Shown here in pieces: positions 45,408 to 57,800 of a stretch of DNA of 64,000 nucleotides (within the stretch, counting starts at the first letter, position 1; each line of letters starts with the position of its first letter). Source of the stretch: Ascidiella aspersa. Its lineage: Eukaryota. The DNA is taken from assembly GCA_963924565.1 (NCBI GenBank), contig OZ004615.1:7316001-7380000 (forward strand), in the 5' to 3' direction. The position numbers and the translations under genes are program-made. Below the pieces are notes generated by a model. That model was given only the letters and a program-made list of their open reading frames with translations, searched no databases and had not been told where the DNA came from.

Positions 45408-48283
45408 CTTTAAGCGAAACGCAGCCAATTATTTCCTCGTCTGCAAATCTTCAAAACTAGTTAGTAATGCATATTGCATAACACAGAGGTTCTCAACCGG
45501 GGTGTAATTCCACCCTTGGAGTTTCAAGGCGTAATTTGGAAAATGACTAAAAAAAACACATTGAGCTGGTGGTGAAATATATTTATGAAAGTATGAACAG
45601 AGCCCATGGACAGTGCAGGTATTTTCTTCGCAACCAAGACAAAACTTTCCCTGAAGTGTACAGTTTCTTATTATTACCTCACATGCGCTATGTGTGCTCT
45701 CAGTTATTTATTACAACTGCATATAGCGTGTTTTGATCAAACAGCAAACATATTACTAAACCATGGCCTAACCTTCTGTATTTTTACCAAGTGGCTTTCT
45801 TAGTGTACATGTCGTAGCTGATTTTTCTGATAAAGCCATAATGTATTTTTGGAAAACTTTTTAACTCAGCGTCTTCGATTTATAAAAGTAAAGCATTGTT
45901 GAAAACCGAAAGAAAGTGATGAAGGGCTTTAGGTTTAGTAAAACATGGGAAGATCGATATGTTAAGAAAAGTATAATTGTAACACATCAAAATCGTCTAT
46001 GATCAAGGTGTTTACGATTTGGTAAAAGCAGACCATTGTATTTAGGACCATCTACCTATTTAACTGATAATAATATTATTTATAGCAAATCTGTCATCAT
46101 ACGTAAAACCTTAGCATAAGAACGATTGACAATTTTTACTAAATTTTATTGCAACAATCACTGAAAAAATACATAAGTGTTTTCTACAAGGTTGTTAGGT
46201 ACAGTTCTCACCCTATACTGCCACTGTGGTATTTGTCAGCATTTCTTAAATTTTCTTGTGCCCCAGAATAGATACTGTGCTTAGACTAACAATTTTTTTT
46301 TCTACGCTCCCTCAAAGTTAACTATAGTGGTCCAATTGTTTCATTTATTTACGCTAGCGCTATAGAATACAGAAAATGCACATATCTTCCAAAGAATTTT
46401 TGTGTTTTTTAATATGCTATTCTCTTATTCATCACGACTCCAAAGGGGAATATGTTGACAGCGTTCCTTTCTTAAACGAATAAAACCACGGTTCACACGT
46501 TTGACCGTGAAGCATTATTGCAAGGCGAATTTCCCTCCCACACAAAATTACTATAGTATGTCAAGCGCTTTGTTGAAGCCCAATTAATAAGTATTTACAA
46601 TTTTACATCATACACCCCCGCAGCAATTTTATCGAAGTTCAGAGGTCGCAAAAACACTTAAGATCTCATGTTCGGTCCTTAATTGTGAGAAACAAATCAA
46701 ATATTGGACTCTGGTTTAGTTGTCGTTCGGCGACGGTATTAAGCCAAGTGTATTTTGATTAAAATATGAGAAAGTGTTGCGCGACAAGTAGACCTTAAAA
46801 TTGCGCTGACGGGAATGAAAGGGTTGACTCATAGTGAAATTCCCTTTTTCGAATCTGCGATAATTTGCCCGCAATTCCGCGTTAGGTCAAAAGGTGCTGG
46901 CAATCAAATCATTGTGGCCGGCTTTTAAAGGTATAAGTCTGGCGAAGAGCAAGACGAGTGTCCACGCGCTACAAGCTTTAATTGGCGAGTCTTTTAGGCC
47001 CAAGCTTGTAGCAAAATTGCCAAGCGTTTGTTTACATTTCGTGCGCTGCAAAAGGACCGCTTTTTTCGAAACAATTAAATCCTCTTTGAGTTGTGCCGCA
47101 TACAAGCTTTCGTAGCTTAATAACGTTAGCTCAAAGAGAGAATTGCAAATTCCCGGCACCATTGTGCGTGTCAGCATAAATTGATTCTGATTTTTTCTGT
47201 TTTTACCTAATGCAAATTCATAGAAATATCAATAACCAAATGTTAACTTTTTGTGTTATGTCAAAAAACCGGATAGTTTTAACCTTAAAACACTATTAAA
47301 GCCACAATAAACCATATTGACGGACTAAAAAATTACGTAAGAAATTTTAAACCCATATACGCTTGTTCCAAAATTCATCGCCGTCAATTTGCCGTATTGC
47401 TGTGGATGAGCATACAAAGATCGTTACAACGCTTTTCAAGACAAGGCTTGAATATCCATTTGCATTGACGTGGCGCAAAAGTCGTGACTTTATTTTTAAC
47501 AAAACTTTTGGGCAGATTTTGCTTGAGGCAGTGATAACGCTTATTGTGAGTACTCGAAGCCGCAGTTGGCGAAAATGCTCTGAGTGATACGAGGAAATAT
47601 TGTACGTTCGGCGTTTTCCAAGAACTCACGTAAGCACGGTTGCAAAGCGACGCAATGCATGCGAACCCAGCCCCGGCACTCCCTATACTAGAATATGCAG
47701 GACTTGGCGTTGCTTACATAACGTGACCTTTCTGTCGACATCGAGGCATTTGAATCGGGGCGTGGTCGCCAATATGTTTGGGTTAGTCGCCCACGAACTT
47801 TCAGCAATTTGCCGATTTACTGTGTTTGTTTGTTGGTCTGGTTACGTTATTGGCAGAAGAACTGCGTACGCCGGTCAACGCTATAACGTAATTGAATGCA
47901 AAATGCAAACGACCAATCCGTCAAATTTCAACTTTTTTTAATTGTTTGCTTGCAAATGCGCACAGCGAATGATAATTTACTCGCAATCATGTTTGAAGTA
48001 AAATCACACTCTTTTTGAGGCATTACGTCACCATATTACAGCATTCAAATCTTACCGGACTTTTTGGGGGCTATTTCGGGTAAAAAAATGCCAATGAAAA
48101 CACTTTAAATGAATGGGCAGACAATTTCGCGGGTCGAGAAATTATATACCAAAAATACTACGAAGGCCAGTTAAAAGACGTTTAAAGGAGTCTTCAAGTT
48201 TTAATGTCCAGGTTGAAGTCCGATTGTTACCTAACGTTTTATGTAAGTAAGTTGTATTAATTAAATTATTTCTTTATGGTAAC

Positions 48284-48424
48284 TAAAACGTCGTTGCTTT
48301 TTTCTGTTAAAGACGATTTGTTACCGGCATTTGACGTTTTCTGTGAGTGATCTGTATTATTAAAAACTAATCATTTAGGAAAATTAAAACGTCGCGCTAT
48401 TTTCGGTTAAAGACGATTTGTTAT
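48284..48424. repeat. ~40-bp direct repeat, period ~101, downstream of the GAL3ST-like stop codon
   Basis: TAAAACGTCG..GCT.TTT.C.GTTAAAGACGATTTGTTA twice. Confidence 0.8.
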
Positions 48425-48686
48425 TTGGCGTATAGCACGATAAATATACGTATCGAAATGTCTTTTTCAAGGTGGTGTCATTTACATACCATGTTTGGCT
48501 TTGGCATTTGAGCTACATAACATATCCGTACATAGCGTGCCTAAGTACATTTAAAAAAATACCTGAACGTCCCAAATTCACAAATTTTGTTCAAAGTTTA
48601 ATTTAAAAGCACGCACAATATAAATAGACTCTGGATAACAAACATACGCTTTAGAACGATTAAGAAAACACAAAGAAAGTGAGACT

Positions 48687-48836
48687 TTACGCCGATTTTC
48701 GGACGCCTTCTTCCCCGATCACTTTCAGTTGGGCGTCCTTTAAAAGCTGAGTCAGGGCGCTGTGACTCAGCTGTTTTCGGTTTGCCACGCCCGAGTAAGA
48801 TTTCTGCAGGTGACGGATGTAATCTCCAAACTTGAC
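48687..48836 (-). CDS. GAL3ST-like terminal coding exon
   Basis: ATAACAG| phase 0; VKFGDYIRHLQKSY...EEGVRKSA, TAA at 48687-48689. Confidence 0.78.
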   Translation of the reverse strand, partial: VKFGDYIRHLQKSYSGVANRKQLSHSALTQLLKDAQLKVIGEEGVRKSA

Positions 48837-51800
48837 CTGTTATTAAGCGAACAATTTAGGAAAAATACTTGAATTATAGAGGACATCTAGTGGTGGGTTA
48901 CTCCAGTACTCATAATGACCTTAAGGTAATTGTCAAAGGATTATTTTGTGTGTGCTATTGCCCTTTAAAACTATAGGTGGGTGGGATTATACGACAAATG
49001 CTTCTGATTTTAGCGATTGGTGTGCGGGTATGTAAGGCGCTAACCCTTACCTTAAGGCAGTGTTTCTCAACCTTTTTACTTGGGGGCGCACGTAGAGACA
49101 TATGAAAACCTGGTGGCGCACCTTACGAGCGAAGCGAGGGCGAACTTTTCGAGGTGTACCGGTATTTGTTTTAAATTGGTGTCAATTTTCATTATGGGCT
49201 TTATAATTGCAAACTTTAAAGGATCTTCAGCCTTGAGACCAAAATTGGAGCAACATGAACTTTGGAACAAAATACAGTTAGGAATAAGGCATAAATAGGA
49301 CTAATACCTTATAGTCGTAATAATGACGAAATCGGAACCAGACCTAAATGGCAAAAATAAGGACTATACCACCCCAAACCCCACCCATAACTATCACTAA
49401 TTTCCCTGATATTTTCAACCCTAACCCAATTTTTAAAATCCGGGGCCAAAATAGCGGCGCCCAAATGGCGACAACAAACGGCCAATGCCTGACAAGTGGC
49501 CCCCAAACATCCCATACCCTTTCCCTACAGTCCTAGCATTATTTTGTCTATGTAAGTCTTATTCAGAATAATTTTGGTCTTATTTTGACAGTTTAGGCCT
49601 TATCTAGACTATTTTAGATCTTATTCTCTCGTGATTACTGCGAATTTGGCGTTATGATGTCGGTGGTTTTAATACTATGGTGTAATAGATTATCTAATTA
49701 AGATATTGCTACTTTGTAGGTCTTGTTACGTTTTCTACCTGGAAGTACTGTGAAATCAACGAGCTAAGCTTAATGGGAAAGTAAAATATATATATATGTG
49801 TGTATATATATATATATGTTAGACATATTAATTTTCTTCTTTTTGCTCGCGGCGCACCGGTTGAGAAGCGCTGCCTTAAAGCGAGGACTGACGGCCGCCT
49901 AACATTTTTTTGGACATTCCTTTAATTATCCGACTCCAGAGGAGCAGGCCACTAAAATACCTGTCCTTAACTCATTGAACTCTAGGCAAAGTCCCTTCAC
50001 TTAGTTGATAAGTGAGTATAATAACATTTAAATCCCAATACAAACGACAATTAACTGGGCAAGGTAGTAGGGTAATAGGCAATTTTAGGTAAGTCTACGC
50101 ACAATCATGGCCCCTGCGCAAGGATAACACATAAAACGTGAAAAAAATTGATTGTTTAAAACTCGCACGTTCTAAATAAGATATTGCAAAAATGTGTAAG
50201 GAAGTAAAGCTTTTAATGTTTTCATCAGGGTTAAAATGTTTTCGATATACATGTATATTTTGGGGTGACACCCCAACGACGTGTGTCAACTTAAAAAGGA
50301 ACATTTGTTTAATCCTTTTGGTATCCTGCGACAGGTAAAATAATCTAATGGTTTATCACCAATAAAAATTGCACCATATGACAAATCCTATGTCTAAAAT
50401 CCAGAAGACATGACTGATTTTCTACAATATTCAGACAAGGCACCGAGCAGTCGCGTCGAAACAATTACGGTTTACCAACATAAGGCCTTTATGAAAACGA
50501 ACGTCGTTGACCTTGAACAAATCTGGCCGCCCACACATATACATGAATGTCGCGGTTGTGTATACGCATTTGCCAAGGCTTTTTGTGGCAATTTAGGCAC
50601 AGTGGAGGCTCGAAATTGGTCGTTTTGGGGCGAAAAAACTTGTGTGTTGGGAAACAGCGGTATGTTTAAACTGATTTTAGATGCCTTTAGTTTTTCAGAG
50701 ACAACAGTTGTGATGATCGCATCGCAGTCATTTTGCAGTTGCCGCAAAATGTCACTAAAATTCGGTTCAAAAGAGTTAGGCAGATTTTTTAGATGCTCTA
50801 CGGATTTGAATAACAAAAGTAATCAAGTTTATACAATGTGTTCTTCAGTGATCCTGTTAACTACATCCTAGATTTTCTGCTTCCTAAGTTGATCACCTCT
50901 CCCCATGAAAGCTTATCGCAGATTTCGCCGGAACTTTCTCGAAGCCTTATTCGGCTCACCCAGGGTCGCATGTCGTCCATGTCGTATTCGTCGACGCACC
51001 TTAAAATATATGTCTGTGTCTCGATCAAGCTTGCTTCTGTTATTACCATATTTGACACAAAATTAAATCACTATTAATGTCTGAACAATACCACGAAAAC
51101 ACATTTATGTTCTACAGTAAGAAATTTAAGCTATCTTTTTTTGTCAGAAAACTTAAGGATGTATTTAAATTATTACACGTGTGGTGTCCTTGATTTACAT
51201 TTAATGTTGTGCTGTAGATTTTTTCCAAAGATTAAAGTGTTTGTATTGTACAAATATATTTTCCTTTAAACAGGATTGACTTACTTTTGATTGGTAGCCT
51301 CCACTAACGCCCGAAACTCGAGCAACTCGTTTTGCATTCGACTCCGGCCGTACTCGTCAATCTATAAAGAGTTAAATTAGCTAACTTATATTTCATTTTA
51401 ACTTATATTTTAATTCAGCGCAGTGACAGATTCTATCAAATGAATAAGGTTTTCTAAAGGAGAATTGGTGGCCAGTTTGTTTTAAAATTGTGATATAATT
51501 AGATGGTGCACAAAAACTGTTCTTCAAGCACACTTTACTCCCGTGCAGGGAGGGGCGGATCCGGAATCGCTTTTTTCTTCAACTTTTAAGTACAAAAATG
51601 CAACATTTTTTTTTCAAATTTTGTTAGAATAGTTATTCTTAGCTTTTTTTTTGTTAGAAGAGTTATTCTTATTTTTGTTAAAATCGTTTGTGGTCAAAGG
51701 GGCCCTGCGCCTTATGATTGTACCATCTAAAGTTGAAGTTGGGGTAGCTAAAACCATCTAAAATTAAAGTTATGAGCAGCTAAACAAATAAAGACATTTC

Positions 51801-54800
51801 ACGCTGCGCGTAAGTGTTTTTCGTCTTTCTAATATAAGAATACGTCATGTTTTGGCGTAACTTTTTGACGTTGTTCCTTAACGTTACTTGTGGCGTCACG
51901 ATTTGCTTTAACTTTGTGACTACATCGCTGAAATTCTTGTTAGTCACGCTTAATACTAAATTCCTGGATCAGCCCCTGCTTCCGTGGTCAACATATATTC
52001 TAAAGCTGTAGGTTGAGAAACGTCAAAGGTTTTCTATCGAGTTCGTATTGACATAGCTTTAGAAAATGGATTTTGCTTCCGTTTAGTTTTCTTTTCCCAA
52101 AATATAAAGGCATTTTTTATGTATAGTATCAGGGATGTCCAAAACTTGTTTTTTTTATTCCGAATGCGATCCCCAATAGTTTGGACTAAAATTACAGCGA
52201 TCCGATACTAAATGACGTCATTACCATCGCCAAAGTAAATTTCATGTGTATAGCAATTTAGGGATGTCTGATACTTGGTTTAAGTTTACCTTGAATAGGT
52301 AGCACTCGCTGCTTTGTATCGCAAATCGTACCCATATCAATTTAGTATCGGATCTGCACCTTGGTATCGGGTATGGCCTACGCTCTGCTATTTTTGGATA
52401 TCCTTATATAGTATAGGTTTGTAGTTTTTTGTCTCGTGTTTTACCTGTTTCTCAAGCCTCTTGTCGAAGTAGGAGTACAAATGCGTGTCGAGCGAATTCC
52501 ACGACCGAATCTGTTCTCTCATTCTTTTAGTCAAGGTTTGTTTTACCGCTTGCTGGCGCACTTTTAGGCGGATGTACAAAATGTCGTCGTACGAGTCCAT
52601 GCACAACATGTCTATAAGAGAAATATTAGATTTTTTAATCGTTTTTTTGGTAGTGGTACTTAATCACGTCAAAAGAAGGAAAATTTCTCTACGCTGCACA
52701 TATTAAAACGAATAAGTTATTTCCAAACATGACAAAATTGGTTTTAATAAAATACTCTTTTGCTTCAAGAATAAAAGGTCTATTTTTACAGGTTATCTTT
52801 AAAATAAAGGTAGCCTATCACATATGCGTTTTAACCTATATGTTTACTTCACTGAAATTTTACTTATATATTTAGGTTCTAACCTAAGTAAACCAGATGT
52901 TTCGACAAAATCAGATGTTTTCGATTATACCGCTTTAAGCTGTGTTTTAATCTTCTATTTTCCGTCTTAGCTTATAGATTGCTGCAGTTCTACTTACTTA
53001 AACACGTTCATAGAACTATGGGATACGGACATAAATCATAAATAAAATAATAATCTGTAGTAAATTTAAATAACAGTAATATTGACCCTAACTCTAACAT
53101 ACGCCCCGCCCCACAAAACTATGGCAAAACAAAAAAAATCGTGGAGACCAAAAACACGCTTGAAGGCCAAAGAAGGAAGTTTTAACACGATATAAGCCAT
53201 CCGCAGGTATAGCGTGTTCTAGTTATTAAACCGACCTTTAAGTAGTATGAGCGATTCGTCCAGCTTTTCCGTAATCATAACGAGGTCGAACCACTCGTCC
53301 ACTTTCAGAATGGCGTTTTTCGTGTAGTAAGCGTCGCTACGGTCGTTGTCGAAACCTGGAGATCGGGAGAGTGATTATATCGCCAGTTGAAAGTTTAACG
53401 CTAAAAACTGGTCGACTTGAAAATTTATTTTACTAAGGCGTTGATTTGACCTAAACCAAGGCTTCCCAAACTTTTCAGTCAGCGACTTATTTTAATTTAT
53501 TGAAATTTTCCGCGAGGCCTATAGGTTTAAGAGTTTAAATCAGGACATTTTTCGTTTGTTTGCTTTGGCACGCATTTCTTGAAGTAATTTGCATTAAAGC
53601 GATTTGTTTTGCATTAGGTTTGCCATGAGCATCTTAAACAGGAAGAACTAACATTTTTATAGATGTGTAACACTTTGTATAAAAATCATACGCACTTACT
53701 CGCGACCCCTTAAACTCGTTGCACGACCCCCAGTAGGGTCCGAAAATTTCCCAGTTTCACAAGCTCTGACCTATACCACCGAAAACTCGCTATATACCCA
53801 AAATGTAGTGTTTCTTTCCACATTTCTTTTAAATGCATAAATATTATTACACCTGAGTACCTATAGCTGTTAACATGGGCAATTTTAGGTAAATATCGGT
53901 TTACTATAAATAGCGTGAATTTAATTATCACCGGCTTTTTTTTTTATGCGAATAGGTTTCATTTTAAAGTTACAAAAAGGTTTCGCGGCACTCTTGAGCA
54001 GTGGTCGGCAACCGCCGGTCCGCGAGGAGTTCGTTACCGGTCCGTGGCAGGGTTGCCAGATTAAAATTTCGTTTTAAACCCAAACCGTACGTAAAATTTG
54101 GAAAAAGGCTAGGAACAGTCAACAACGATTGAAAGTATTTTTATATCCAAATCACATTAACTTTCGTTTGAATATAGTCCATGGTTAATTGGTATATCAA
54201 AAATCTCAATTAGTTTCAAGCACTCGTGAGGTGCAAAACAAACCAGTGAGCTGTGGCCATATCGAGCACTTTCACAACATCCTAAAATGCAATTTTGATT
54301 GTAAAATCTAACTCCTGTACAATATATCGAAAAAGGGCCAAAATATCATATATTTTTTAAGCTTAACCGTGTTCACCCTAAAGTGCAATAGAATCAAATC
54401 ATGCAAACAATGTCCCACAATAAAATTAATTATTATTTTTATGTTCAGGCAGAAAAGTTTTTAAAAACAACGTATGCATTTGAATTCTTTTATTGAAAAA
54501 AGTTGTAATAAATTTCCTTTACTATGCATTTGTTGTTTTTTTAAGGCCGGTCCGCGAAAAAATTTCAGCTTTAAACCGGTCCGCAGTGTAAAAAAGGTTG
54601 CCGACCCCTGCTCTTGAGAGTCTCTCGAAGCTAGCCCGTGTCCCGTGTCACATAGTTTAAAATCCACTGCCTCAAACGTTATACAAAATATCTAAAATCG
54701 CTGTTGATTTCTTGTGGGGTTAAATAAAACCTCACCAATCGAGCATTTGCCGACCCACCCAAATCGAACGCCTGGTAGTTCTTGGCGCGGAAGTACCACG

Positions 54801-57800
54801 GGGTGGACGTGTTATAGTAGATATGGGGCCGGTCCAGGAATTCCTCGAGGGCCTGGTACGACGGGGCGTCCTCAAGCCAGTCAGTGAAGGGCCAGTCCCG
54901 GAAAAAGGAGAATCCCGATTCGAAGCATTCGCCCGGCTCTCGCAAGATTGTGATGTAAAGCGAGTTGTCGGGAACTACTCTTCGAACCTTGTTGCGATTG
55001 AATCTAAGGATTAGAAATATGCAAGGTTTGAGTTTACGCGTAACATTATGGAAGCACTTGATGATTACCAAGGGCGACAAATTGAGCTCCAGGACAGAGA
55101 AGAATGCAGGGGAGGACACAAAACCATTTATCCCATACTATTTAGTCTTTTAAATTTATATTGTAACTCTACCCCCAAAACTCTACAAAGTGTATTCTTC
55201 TCTATCTCTGTACTAAAGTGTAATTTTAATTAATTTAAGACTATATAAATACCGTTATCTCAAGCGATGTGCGAATCTCCACGATTTGTCTAATGCGCCA
55301 AGTATTATTTTAAATTGTGTCAAATTTAAACCAAGTAGGAGCTATTTTTTTGTCCCTTCGCGCGATCAAAATGGTGTTTTGATGCATATTAGTACACAAG
55401 TTTGCACAATAACAACAACTGTTTGTAAGATTATTTGTGTTATGACTAAACCTCTGTCCTTTTCATATGCTCCTTTAAAAAACATCAATGACGGCCAATG
55501 TAAATTAGTCTATGAACATCTTTGCACTTTCGCAATATAAAAATTCCTTTATCAAAATTAGCCTGAGTTGTTTGCTTATCGTTTAACAAAGGTAAACAGT
55601 AAGCTAAATAACATAAAACAAAAAGGCAAAATTTCAATAAACAAATTCAGGCATATTTTTATTCGTGATCCGGAGGCCACTAGAGTAAGTCGGCACTCTC
55701 AAACGCCACCAAGCGGAACTTAAATCCTTTTTCAGTACAACATGTTTTGAGTCATAAGACTTTGTAGGCCGTGTTTGAGTGCTCTGAATTGCTACTTTTT
55801 TGTTACTTTTTGCGGAAATACGACCGTGCTGATTGCAAAAGAATAATTAATTGACGAAAAGCTAGATATAACGTTAACAGGCCCACAGTTAGCAAATCGA
55901 GTTTAACCCTGAAAGAAACTCTTTCCTTCATGAAAAATAAAGAAAATCTCTATTGAAAAAAAATAGTTTATCTATATAATGAACTGTATATTTTATATAT
56001 CTTAATATGTATTTATACAGTACAATCCAAGCACCAATAAGAGCGAAAGGGCATAAACATAATGATAAATACAATAAAACTAGAAATATATAAGAATAAA
56101 AACTGGACACCGTGCTCCAAGATTTTATTCCTAAAATAGTATTTCAGCAATCATCCAAAAATGATGTAGAAAAGAATTAAGAAAGGGTATTTGTTAGATG
56201 GATAATATACTGCTTGAAGTTTTATGGCACCATGACATGACATATGCCATGCAGACATTTAAATCTATCATTTCTTATTACTTCTTATCGCCATTGCTTA
56301 CCTTATGTGGTGACACAGAACGTCGTATTTTCGCAGTTGAGGATCTATAATGGCGGGGTCAAAGGGTGCCGGGTAACCACCGAGTTCCCAACGACGCTCA
56401 GGGGGCAGGCCAACGATTAGTTGGCGCTTTTCAGCGTGACGTAGCAAAATGTTGTTGACGGTCGTACTTCCTAAAATCAGTAACCGAAGTTAGTGAATAA
56501 TTAAGATATGGCCATTTTACAATCTTTTATTTTACCATTTGACAATATTTTTCCGAAAGTCGAGCCACAAGGAATTAAACTGTATCTAAACTGAATAAAC
56601 GTTTTTGGCGTTGGATACCTATAGTAATTAATGCTGCCGAGTTATACGTTATGTTGAAGGTTTTTAAGAAATCGCAACGAAACTTTTATAAACTGAGTTC
56701 CTTTAAACACCCTTATATGTGCAGTTTAAGATCGAGGATATAAGTTCTGTATTGCGAACATTTCATCGACCAAGATGTTATAAAACACGTTTTTTAGAAA
56801 ACGTGAATACCATTTTGATTGCATTTTGTTAGCGCCATGTTGATAAACGTTGGTCATCTTATATACAACTGCACAGGTCACTAACGCGCAGCTTCATGGC
56901 TGAAAGCCTATAGCTAAAAGCCAACTTACCGGTTTTGTGAGTTTTGACGAAAACCAAGCCTTCCCTGGCTACGCACTTATCGCTCTCAGCACCGGCCTTT
57001 AATTCACTTTGTATCGAAGCTATCTCTTGATCGTCAGCTGGAAGTAAAAAGCTGTTAATGCCTGTTTCCTAGACTTTTGGTGTCATTTAAGGGCAATTGA
57101 CGATACGCCTACGAAATGCGTCAAAGAGGTTTAATCCCTCTCCAGTTAGGTGTGGTGCTTTTTTTAAACGCAAACGTTTGAAAGATACATAATTTTACAT
57201 CTCTTGTTGATTAAATTACGAGTATACCTATGTTTATAGAATATGGTACAATTAATATAATTCAGAATTTCGCGATTAGTGTTTTCTTGCTGCGAGTGTC
57301 CACACACACTTTACGGGAGATCATCAACTATACTCATCTTTTTCAAAATTTTAATGAAGTATTTTTTTCGAAATAAAAATTAGACTAGATTAATAGTTTT
57401 CCATTGATTTTCCTTCGTTTGATATATTCTGACTGAAAACCTCTGTATTATTTAGACTGTTCGTCAGAAAATCCAATAAACCAAGGGTATATGCAACCGG
57501 CTGCCCGCGGGCCAAATCAGGTCCGCACACTGCTAATATGTGGCCCGCGGCAGGCTTTTTACGAATTTCTTCGAATATGTTTCTACTCTCTTAAAATGGC
57601 TTTAGTATAGTACCTGGCAAATCCCGTGGCTGTAAAATGGTCATTTGTTCAACATAAGCGGGTAAGTTTCAGTACTGAATAATAAACGCAGTTAGAACTG
57701 AGTTTTCCTGAACTTAAGGCCGATTTGGTCGGTGAGAAATACGTTTGGACCGTAATCTAATCCACATGAGGCCAGTTAGGGTGGTCTGGATTAATATATT

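Noticed and set aside
50410-50871. 153-aa plus ORF and overlapping 114-aa minus ORF in the last GAL3ST intron
   Set aside because: No domain signature, and a better in-phase terminal exon exists at 48687-48836.
51431-51450. ATTCTATCAAATGAATAAGG resembling an ascidian spliced-leader sequence
   Set aside because: Contains an insertion and mismatches relative to the leader as I recall it, and no SL RNA stem or Sm site was recognised.
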